Shown piece after piece: positions 16,809-23,468 of a stretch of DNA of 31,985 nt. The stretch comes from a virus. The position numbers and the translations under genes are program-made. Numbering within the stretch: position 1 is the stretch's first letter; each line of letters opens with the position of its first letter. Under the pieces are notes generated by a model. That model made no database searches, was not told the DNA's origin, and was given only the letters and a program-made list of their open reading frames with translations. Location of the stretch: IMG/VR virus record IMGVR_UViG_3300038566_000256, positions 1 to 31,985 of that record; one strand, given 5' to 3'.

Positions 16809-16943
16809 TCATTGTTCATTTCCCATTTTAAAATATTGATAGGCGCACCAAATCGCCACCAGCTTCAACGGCCAAACGGCAATCGGCGCGAAAATTCCAA
16901 AGATTAAAGCCGTCACGCACATGACGGCCCACACCGGATTCAT
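16809..16943 (-). CDS. Small hydrophobic membrane peptide of 44 aa, absent from the ORF track.
   Basis: Hand translation gives MNPVWAVMCVTALIFGIFAPIAVWPLKLVAIWCAYQYFKMGNEQ. Its start overlaps the DHH stop (ATGA) and its stop overlaps the ATG at 16812 (ATGA). Confidence 0.45.
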   Translation of the reverse strand: MNPVWAVMCVTALIFGIFAPIAVWPLKLVAIWCAYQYFKMGNEQ

Positions 16944-17785
16944 TGTTTCTTCACCGTAAAGCCGGCCGCGTGTTTGTGACCGCCGCCACCGAACTGTTCA
17001 GCGATTTTCGCCACGTCTTCACCACCTTCAACGCTTCGCAAGCTGCACGTCGTACCGTTCGGCCCTTGCCAATACACCATCGCAAACGGTTCGTCTTTGG
17101 CCATGATGCTGCCGGCGTCGCTGACCATGTTCGGCGATGTGTTCAGCATCGGCACATCGAAACCCGCCAATTCAGTTCGCATCACGCCGTTGTTGATCGC
17201 CGCTTTGACGTTCTTCATGTGCGCCCGATTGATGGCTTCACCCTGAAGAACAAACGCTTGATATTTCGCATCATCCTGGCACAACGCGTCAATGTCGTTC
17301 CAATTCTTGAAGGTCATGTCAAAGCTGGCCAGGTTGGCGCAAAAGTTTCGGGTGTTGGTTAATTCGAACGTCCAAAGATCGCGGTCTTGAACGTGCATCG
17401 TCATTAATGGGTGGGCTTCGGTTGGAAAAAAGTATTCCCAAGCCATCACGCACCCGCTTCGGTTCATATCAAACACGGCCGTGACGTTGTGCGGCAAATC
17501 GACCAGGTTTTCTTCGGCGCTTTGGTGGTGATCCAAAATCAGGATTGAATTCGCAACCTTCGCCATTCCAAGCAACACATCGCGCTTGAAGCTGAAGTCG
17601 ACCATGATGACATCGCGACCCAACACATGCGGCGGTTCTTGCCCATAACTGGCGGCGTGAAAATCAACCTTGTCGGCACCGAAACCAAAATGCTTTTTCA
17701 CAACCCAAGCGGCCGTGAAGCCGTCAAGACAATGGGCGTGATAAATGCAAAGGGGTTTTTGTTTGAAATCTAGTATTTTAGACAT
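16940..17785 (-). CDS. DHH/DHHA1-family phosphoesterase (RecJ-like or NrnA-like).
   Basis: Motifs IYHAHCLDGFTAAWV (DHH motif I region), ILILDHHQS (DHH) and GGGGHKHAAGF (the DHHA1 GGGH motif). Confidence 0.75.
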   Translation of the reverse strand: MSKILDFKQKPLCIYHAHCLDGFTAAWVVKKHFGFGADKVDFHAASYGQEPPHVLGRDVIMVDFSFKRDVLLGMAKVANSILILDHHQSAEENLVDLPHNVTAVFDMNRSGCVMAWEYFFPTEAHPLMTMHVQDRDLWTFELTNTRNFCANLASFDMTFKNWNDIDALCQDDAKYQAFVLQGEAINRAHMKNVKAAINNGVMRTELAGFDVPMLNTSPNMVSDAGSIMAKDEPFAMVYWQGPNGTTCSLRSVEGGEDVAKIAEQFGGGGHKHAAGFTVKKQ

Positions 17786-18894
17786 TAGTCGAAATCTTCC
17801 ATTGTAATGTTGATTGAAGGGCGCTTGTCGGATTCGGGAACCAACGTCGGGTTGCCGGTGCTGACGGCGATCAAATCTTGAATGTCTTTCGCCTTTGCTT
17901 TGCCCAATTTCTTTTCGGCTTGTGCGGGAGTGATGATCTTAGTCACGAACGCGTCGTCGTGTTCCATGCGTTCAAGCAAAGCAACACTGGCGTCAGCTTC
18001 GTTCGCCCAAGACCGCGTTGAACGACCGGCCACCAGCTTGTAACCTGGAAAACCTTCGCCGTCGGTCAGGCGTTGCTTGACCAAATCTTCAACCGCATCA
18101 AGCCACCCCATGATCAACTTTTTGTTGTCCAAAGCGGTTTTCAGGCCGTCTTCGTTCAGGCTTTCAAGCGGTTCGTCGAAGAATTGCATCACCGAATCGT
18201 CGGTCATTTTCTTCAGCGCGGGGCAAGTTGCTTTCGCTTTACACCACCGACATTGTGTTTCGCCAGGCACGCGCGGCGCTTCTTCAGCCAACGCTTCTTC
18301 GGCTTTGGCGCGAACTTCGTTGCCGAACTTCAGCAAGTCTTCGACGCTGACGCGCCATGTTTCAATGTGATCAAGACGCGGCTGAACAATGGTGATGTCA
18401 ACGTGCTTGATGTCATACAACCCTTCGGCGAACGAATACGCGCCCAAGGCGTAAAGCATCGCCTGACTGTTGTTTTCAGGTGACACCGGAACACCTTTGC
18501 CATATTTCAGATCGACAACGTGAAGCGTGTTTTTGTGGATCACAAGCGCGTCGCTGGTGCCGAAACCTTCGGGAACCCAATCGCTGAAGTCAATTTGCTG
18601 TTCGATCAGCTTTTCACCTGGCAAACTGTTCACGAAATCCCGATAAATGACGATTGAATCGACCATTTCTTGATCAACCGGAAAATCAGGGTATTCGGCG
18701 AACGCTTCGTTCAACCAATTTGATGGGTGCATATTTTGAAGCAATGATTGTTCGGCCAGTTCATGCGCGGCCGAACCTTCGTCGGCGAACTTGCTTCGTT
18801 GCTCTTTGATGCCTTCTTCAGCCTTCACCGAACCAGGGCAATTCAACCAACGTGAAGAACCGCTGGCGCTCAATTTTGCGTGTTGTTTAGTCAT
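17785..18894 (-). CDS. DUF2800-like PD-(D/E)xK exonuclease with Cas4-type cysteines.
   Basis: The N-terminal HAKLSASGSSRWLNCPGS is typical of DUF2800. VVDLKYGKG is the D/ExK core. The C-terminal cysteine cluster is CRWCKAKATCP. Confidence 0.75.
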   Translation of the reverse strand: MTKQHAKLSASGSSRWLNCPGSVKAEEGIKEQRSKFADEGSAAHELAEQSLLQNMHPSNWLNEAFAEYPDFPVDQEMVDSIVIYRDFVNSLPGEKLIEQQIDFSDWVPEGFGTSDALVIHKNTLHVVDLKYGKGVPVSPENNSQAMLYALGAYSFAEGLYDIKHVDITIVQPRLDHIETWRVSVEDLLKFGNEVRAKAEEALAEEAPRVPGETQCRWCKAKATCPALKKMTDDSVMQFFDEPLESLNEDGLKTALDNKKLIMGWLDAVEDLVKQRLTDGEGFPGYKLVAGRSTRSWANEADASVALLERMEHDDAFVTKIITPAQAEKKLGKAKAKDIQDLIAVSTGNPTLVPESDKRPSINITMEDFD

Positions 18895-18912
18895 TTTCGT
18901 TTATCCTTTCAA

Positions 18913-19149
18913 TTAAAGTGCGTCAGAAAGACACGCCCCGCACTCGGGGCATTCTTCCATTTTGTTCAACGCTTCAAGTTCTTCGACCTTTTCTTGAAGT
19001 TCTTCGATTTCAGCGTCTTTGGATTCAAAGTCAATGTCGATTGCGCGTCGACCCAATTCCATCAAACAACCGTCATCAGTTTCAGCATGACGCTGAAGTT
19101 CTTCGATTGATAAATTGCGAAGCGTCACTTCACTGAATGCGCTATTCAT
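18913..19149 (-). CDS. Hypothetical acidic coiled-coil protein with a C-terminal CPECGAC motif.
   Basis: The ATG at 19149 overlaps the upstream stop (gATGAATAG). A GTG at 19158 is an alternative start. Confidence 0.45.
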   Translation of the reverse strand: MNSAFSEVTLRNLSIEELQRHAETDDGCLMELGRRAIDIDFESKDAEIEELQEKVEELEALNKMEECPECGACLSDAL

Positions 19150-19582
19150 CGGAACCACCAGCCAATTTTTCGATTGCAGCCTTCAGTTCACCGGCCTTTT
19201 CGGCGGGAACGTCACCCATGAACTTGGCACCGGTGATTTCCTGAACCAAGTCTTTGATTTTGTCACGCAAATGACGTTTTTCGCGAACAATCCCCAACAC
19301 GAACCGTTGCAAGTCATCAATACTGACGGTTTCACCCTGGTCAACATTGGTTTCAGGTTCTTCGACGGTTTCAGGTTCAGCCGGTTTTTCGACCTTTTTC
19401 TTGGTCGCGCGCTTCTTTTTGGGTTCCGGCGTATCTTCAACAACTTCTTCAGCCGGTGCTTCGTCAGTAACAGACGCGGGGGTTTGTTTCAGCAACGCTT
19501 CGATGTTCTTGTTGAACACTTCAAGGTTCATGTTCAGATTGTCCAAACGTTCGTTCAGGATTTTCATTTCAGCTTCTAACAT
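19142..19582 (-). CDS. Hypothetical protein with an N-terminal coiled coil and a K/E/P-rich linker. It is the first gene of the leftward operon.
   Basis: The ATG at 19582 is preceded by GGAGA with an 8-nt spacer. The upstream ATG at 19600 lacks a ribosome-binding site. Confidence 0.5.
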   Translation of the reverse strand: MLEAEMKILNERLDNLNMNLEVFNKNIEALLKQTPASVTDEAPAEEVVEDTPEPKKKRATKKKVEKPAEPETVEEPETNVDQGETVSIDDLQRFVLGIVREKRHLRDKIKDLVQEITGAKFMGDVPAEKAGELKAAIEKLAGGSDE

Positions 19583-19617
19583 TGTATTTTCTCCGTTCAT
19601 CGTGTTAAGCTATGCTT

Positions 19618-19646
19618 AATATACACAACAAAACAACAGGGCGCAA
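19618..19646 (-). promoter_or_regulatory. Sigma70-like promoter P3 for the leftward early operon: -35 TTGCGC, 17-nt spacer, -10 TATATT.
   Basis: On the minus strand the sequence reads TTGCGCcctgttgttttgttgtgTATATT. It shares the TTGTGTATA core with P1 and P2 and lies in the divergent intergenic region. Confidence 0.45.
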
Positions 19647-19650
19647 CCCA

Positions 19651-19854
19651 ATGATTGAAGAAATAATTGAACACTTTGGCGGCAAAGCAAAGCTGGCCAA
19701 GGTGATGGGGGTTAGTCGAGCAGCCGTTTCGCAATGGATGACTGAAGGAATTCCGGCGGCGCGCGCGATTGAAATTGAAGCATTGACTGACGGGCGTTTT
19801 TTGGCGCGCGACATCGTAAACGTAAAAATGGAAGACTCAAATGATAGAAAATAA
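19651..19854 (+). CDS. Cro/YdaS-like helix-turn-helix transcriptional regulator.
   Basis: MIEEIIEHFGGKAKLAKVMGVSRAAVSQWMTEGIPAARAIEIEALTDGRF matches the YdaS/Cro-type HTH pattern. The track's start at 19612 adds an implausible N-terminal extension across the promoter region. Confidence 0.65.
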   Translation: MIEEIIEHFGGKAKLAKVMGVSRAAVSQWMTEGIPAARAIEIEALTDGRFLARDIVNVKMEDSNDRK

Positions 19855-22255
19855 ACCGATCACCCTTTCAACTGGCACCGATTTCGGCAAAGTCAAAAAG
19901 ACCGAAGCCACATGGGAAAAATTATCGGCCGGCCTGACGACACACAAGCAAGCCGACAAAAAAGGCGGTGCATACTTCGTCGGCGGCTATTTCAAAGGTG
20001 AACGCCGCAAAGAAGCCGACTTGGTTGCGATGACACTGTTGGCATTGGACATCGACAAATTGGACATGCCCGTTGAAGAAGTCGAATTGTCGCTGATTAT
20101 GGACATCGAAAACGCTTTTTGCGCCTATTCCACCTATTCACACGGCGTTGACGATAAAACATCGGTTCGGGTGGTGCTTCCGTTATCGCGCGAAGTGACG
20201 CCTGACGAATACCGCCAGCTTTCCAGGGCGTTCGGCGAAACCGTGTCGTTGTCGCTTGATGAATGTTCCTTCAAACCCAATCAGGCAATGTTCATGCCGA
20301 CTTGCCCTGACGTGTCGAACGCCTGGTCAATGATTCAAGGCGGCGCGCCGGTTGATGTTGATGAATATTTGAAGAACTTGCCGGTGGTTGTCGAAGATAA
20401 CGCTGACGGCGACGACCTTGAATCGATGCTGGCCGAACAGCCGCTTGACCTGGAACCTGAAGAAATCGACGCCTATTTGTTAGCCTATCCGGCCGACGGC
20501 TTGGAATATGACCAATGGTTGATGGTTGGTGCCGCGCTGAATCATCAATTCGGCGGTTCAAAAGCCGGTTTCGACACATGGGTTGACTGGTCGGCCAAGT
20601 CACCGAAGCACGATGACAGTCAAATGAAGATGAAATGGCGGTCATTCGGCAATTCAACCAAAGTCGTCACGTTCGCGTCGGTGATCTTTCACGTTCGTGA
20701 ATCCGGCGGCTTGGCTGTTGGTGGTGCTGGTGGCGAAACCCTTGAAGCGTTGTTGGAAGAAGCTGACACCATTGTTGCACTTGACCAATATCAGGATTTC
20801 AAAACCCGCATCGCCAAGATGCCCGACATCGTTCTTCAATCTGACCATCGCGCCATGTTGGCGGCACGCCTGGCGAAGTCTTTTGGCAAAGTTGAAGGGA
20901 TCACCAAAACCGACATCAAAGCCGCTTTGGCACATAAAAAGCGACACAAAGAAGCCGGCGACGCGCCCGAATGGCTTGAACCTTGGGTTTATGTCGAATC
21001 AACGTGTGAATTCCACAACAAAGAATTGCACTATGCCATCAAGCGCGAAGCCTTCAACGCGAAATTTGATCGCGAAATGGATTGCATCATTGCCGAAAAG
21101 TCAGCCGCGCAATTGGGTCTTGTTGATCATAAGATGCCAACCGTCGTCGACACAATGTTCTTTCCAGGTGCCGGCCAAATGTTCGAAAGCGACGGCAAAA
21201 CCATGTTGAATTCATTCGTGTCGCAAGGGATTCAGCCATGTCAATCGTTGGATAAAGACGGCCAAGCGTGCGTTGATGTCTTTTTGAAGCATGTTGAATT
21301 TACCATTGAAAGCCCAAAAGAACGCGAAATCTTGTTGGATTGGCTTTGCTATGTGGTGCAAAACCCTGGTCAACGCGTCAATTGGGCATTGTTGCTTCAG
21401 GGTGCGCAAGGCACCGGCAAAACCTATTTCGTGAACGTGCTTCAACAGGTGCTTGGCACCAACGTCAAAAACCTTGATCCAACATCAATCGCCGGCCGCT
21501 TTACCGGTTGGGCGCATGGTGCGCTTGTGAATGCGGTTGAAGAAATCCGCATTTCAGGCACCAATAAATATGAAGTGTTGGATCGCATGAAGCCGTTCAT
21601 CACCAATGACACGGTGATGATTGAAGAAAAAGGCCGTGATCACCGCACCGTTCCCAACTTCACCAGCTACTTCTTATTGACAAACCATGTTGACGCCATC
21701 CCGTTAATTGAAGGCGATCGTCGCTATTGCGTGCTGTTTTCCAGGGTGCAAAGCGAAGCGCAACTATACCGTGAACTTGGGGGTCGCGAAGGCGCTGAAG
21801 ATTATTTCGACACCTTGTTTGATTCTTTGGCACGTCGCCCCGATGCGTTGGCGTATTATCTGAAAACCCGCAAGCTGTCAGCCGGTTTCGTTGCATGGGG
21901 TCGGGCGCCCGACACGTCAGCGCGTGAAGCAATGATCAACATGGCAATCAGCCCCGAACGCGAAATGCTGGAAGACGCCATCACAATGCACGAATGCGAT
22001 GTGATTAATGAAAACGTGCTTGATGTCACCTGGTTGAATGAATTGTGCGAAATTGAAGGAACCCATTTGCCAAACGGTCGGGCAACATCGGCCATTTTGC
22101 TTGAAATGGGGTATCGAAGAATCAATGATCGAAAGATAAAAATCGCCAAAAATCGTAAGAATCATTACGTCTGGTTTGGGGCGCGGAACGACGAAAAATC
22201 AGCGCGTGACGCGGTGAAGAATTTTCACGATGGCGACGGGTTTGAAGGTCTTTGA
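19841..22255 (+). CDS. Bifunctional primase-polymerase, PriCT-2 domain and SF3 (D5/VirE-like) helicase.
   Basis: LLALDIDKLD is the prim-pol DxD motif. YDQWLMVGAALNHQFGG...WVDWSAKSPKHDDSQMKMKWRSF matches PriCT-2. The Walker A motif is LLQGAQGTGKTYF and the Walker B region is LVNAVEE. Confidence 0.8.
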   Translation: MIENKPITLSTGTDFGKVKKTEATWEKLSAGLTTHKQADKKGGAYFVGGYFKGERRKEADLVAMTLLALDIDKLDMPVEEVELSLIMDIENAFCAYSTYSHGVDDKTSVRVVLPLSREVTPDEYRQLSRAFGETVSLSLDECSFKPNQAMFMPTCPDVSNAWSMIQGGAPVDVDEYLKNLPVVVEDNADGDDLESMLAEQPLDLEPEEIDAYLLAYPADGLEYDQWLMVGAALNHQFGGSKAGFDTWVDWSAKSPKHDDSQMKMKWRSFGNSTKVVTFASVIFHVRESGGLAVGGAGGETLEALLEEADTIVALDQYQDFKTRIAKMPDIVLQSDHRAMLAARLAKSFGKVEGITKTDIKAALAHKKRHKEAGDAPEWLEPWVYVESTCEFHNKELHYAIKREAFNAKFDREMDCIIAEKSAAQLGLVDHKMPTVVDTMFFPGAGQMFESDGKTMLNSFVSQGIQPCQSLDKDGQACVDVFLKHVEFTIESPKEREILLDWLCYVVQNPGQRVNWALLLQGAQGTGKTYFVNVLQQVLGTNVKNLDPTSIAGRFTGWAHGALVNAVEEIRISGTNKYEVLDRMKPFITNDTVMIEEKGRDHRTVPNFTSYFLLTNHVDAIPLIEGDRRYCVLFSRVQSEAQLYRELGGREGAEDYFDTLFDSLARRPDALAYYLKTRKLSAGFVAWGRAPDTSAREAMINMAISPEREMLEDAITMHECDVINENVLDVTWLNELCEIEGTHLPNGRATSAILLEMGYRRINDRKIKIAKNRKNHYVWFGARNDEKSARDAVKNFHDGDGFEGL

Positions 22256-22260
22256 CGTTA

Positions 22261-22494
22261 TGGGGCGCAAAAATAGCGATTGGGGCGCAATGATTTTGAA
22301 CCGCGCCCCAAACCGCGCCCCACTCCAAACCCTTGATTTTCCTATATATTCTTATTATTTGGTGCTTGGTGTTTAATAAAAGTATAAATAAAGATCCAGT
22401 GAGGGTAAAAATAAGAAAATGGGTATTTATAAAAATTTCGTGACAAGCGTTGGCGATAGAAGGATTTTCCGCGCCCCTTGCGCACCGCGCCCCA
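22261..22494. repeat. Six copies of a 9-10-bp GGGGCGC(A/G)(A/G) motif flanking an AT-rich segment of about 140 bp. Candidate origin of replication, pac site or operator region.
   Basis: The forward form TGGGGCGCAA is at 22261 and 22281. The inverted form CCGCGCCCCA is at 22301, 22313 and 22485, and CCGCGCCCC is at 22469. The AT-rich core spans 22330-22460. The direct repeat AAACTTGTTTTT is at 22494 and 22522. Confidence 0.5.
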
Positions 22495-22557
22495 AACTTG
22501 TTTTTATACACAACAAGAGGTAAACTTGTTTTTGATGTTATTAAATGGGCTGGCACA

Positions 22558-22740
22558 ATGAGTCGACCGAAGATGAAAGACCGTGAAAAGGTCAAAGAAC
22601 GTGTGAACGTGTCGTTGCATCGACACATCAAAAAGAAGGCCGCGAAGATCGGCGGCGGGAACGTCAGTCGCGGAATTGAAATTGCTGTCGCCAACCTGGC
22701 GAAAGAACAAGAAGGTGAAAATGATGTCGCGCGCGCTTGA
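22558..22740 (+). CDS. Small ribbon-helix-helix-like DNA-binding protein of 60 aa.
   Basis: KERVNVSLHRHIKKKAAKIGGGNVSRGIEIAVANL fits a beta-strand plus two-helix RHH pattern. It is the first ORF after the intergenic region. Confidence 0.45.
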   Translation: MSRPKMKDREKVKERVNVSLHRHIKKKAAKIGGGNVSRGIEIAVANLAKEQEGENDVARA

Positions 22741-22948
22741 TCGTCAAGAAGGGGGCGGCCATTATAAAAATTTGCCAATTCAGCCCGTTGAATATTGCCA
22801 CAAGAACGGTTTGGGTTTTTGCGAATCGTCGGTGATCAAGTATGTCAGCCGGTGGAAAGACAAAAACGGCATTGAAGATTTGAAGAAAGCACGCCATTTC
22901 ATCGATTTGTTGATTGAAATGGAAACGGAAGGTGAAGCGCATGACTGA
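22721..22948 (+). CDS. DUF3310-like phage protein.
   Basis: QEGGGHYKNLPIQPVEYCHKNGLGFCESSVIKYVSRWKDKNGIEDLKKARHFIDLLI matches the DUF3310 pattern as I recall it. A GAAGGTG ribosome-binding site lies before the ATG at 22721. Confidence 0.6.
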   Translation: MMSRALDRQEGGGHYKNLPIQPVEYCHKNGLGFCESSVIKYVSRWKDKNGIEDLKKARHFIDLLIEMETEGEAHD

Positions 22949-23468
22949 AACCAAAAAGGCGCCGGCGAAACGAAAACCGGCCGCGAAGAAACCGGCGGTG
23001 GCCAAAGCTGCACCAAAGAAACGGGGTCGCCCGAAAGGTTCGGTCACATACAAACCCGAAACACATATTCCGAAAATACTTGCATGGATTAGCGACGGGA
23101 AAACCCTTCGTGATTATTGCCGGCAAACTGGTTGCCCGTCGTATGTGACGGTTTATGATTGGTTGGAATCAAATGAAGAATTTTCCAAACGCTTCGCGCG
23201 CGCACGCGATATTGGTCACGACGTGATTGCCCAAGAATGCCTTGAAATCGCCAACACGCCGGTTGAAGGTAAGCGTGTCAAGAAGACTGAAGACGGAATG
23301 GAAGTCGTCATTGAAGACGCTTTGGGTCATCGGAAACTTCAGATTGAAACGCGCCTGAAGCTGTTGGCCAAATGGAACCCCAAGAAGTACGGCGAAAAAA
23401 TCACCCATTCAGGTGACGCCGAAAACCCTGTTTCAGTGATCATTCGGGGCGACGATGCCAACCTTTGA
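22941..23468 (+). CDS. terS: Terminase small subunit.
   Basis: A basic N-terminus is followed by LRDYCRQTGCPSYVTVYDWLESNEEFSKRFARARD...RLKLLAKWNPKKYGEK, which is typical of Terminase_5-type small subunits. The gene lies immediately upstream of terL. Confidence 0.75.
   Translation: MTETKKAPAKRKPAAKKPAVAKAAPKKRGRPKGSVTYKPETHIPKILAWISDGKTLRDYCRQTGCPSYVTVYDWLESNEEFSKRFARARDIGHDVIAQECLEIANTPVEGKRVKKTEDGMEVVIEDALGHRKLQIETRLKLLAKWNPKKYGEKITHSGDAENPVSVIIRGDDANL

Noticed and set aside
19612-19650. The upstream ATG at 19612 as the start of the Cro-like gene, and the ATG at 19600 as the start of the leftward first gene.
   Set aside because: Both extensions cover the divergent promoter region and lack ribosome-binding sites. 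The downstream starts at 19651 and 19582 are preferred, and 19582 also has a GGAGA ribosome-binding site. The conserved HTH domain begins at 19651.
19651-19854. A temperate lifestyle, inferred from the Cro-like regulator.
   Set aside because: I found no integrase, excisionase, CI-type repressor or attP-like feature anywhere in the closed genome. A single Cro/YdaS-like HTH is also common in lytic phages.
22261-22494. The GGGGCGC repeats, considered as a possible CRISPR array.
   Set aside because: The repeats are only 9-10 bp long, occur in both orientations and have irregular spacing (12, 16, 20 and about 150 bp). That is incompatible with CRISPR repeat-spacer architecture.
22503-22515. The fourth copy of the TTGTGTATA motif, considered as a leftward promoter.
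   Set aside because: It has no -35-like hexamer at 16-18 nt. It would fire into the 3' end of the converging primase gene. The sequence is better explained as the loop and stem of the CTTGTT/AACAAG hairpin within the repeat region.
22420-22524. A 34-aa ORF (MGIYKNFVTSVGDRRIFRAPCAPRPKLVFIHNKR) inside the intergenic region.
   Set aside because: It has no suitably spaced ribosome-binding site, and it reads through the GGGGCGC repeats and the hairpin. It is most likely non-coding.
22122-22778. A 218-aa minus-strand ORF spanning the primase 3' end, the whole intergenic repeat/AT-rich region and the RHH gene.
   Set aside because: It reads through obvious non-coding repeats and an AT-rich segment. 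It is antisense to two better-supported genes and has no motif or ribosome-binding site.
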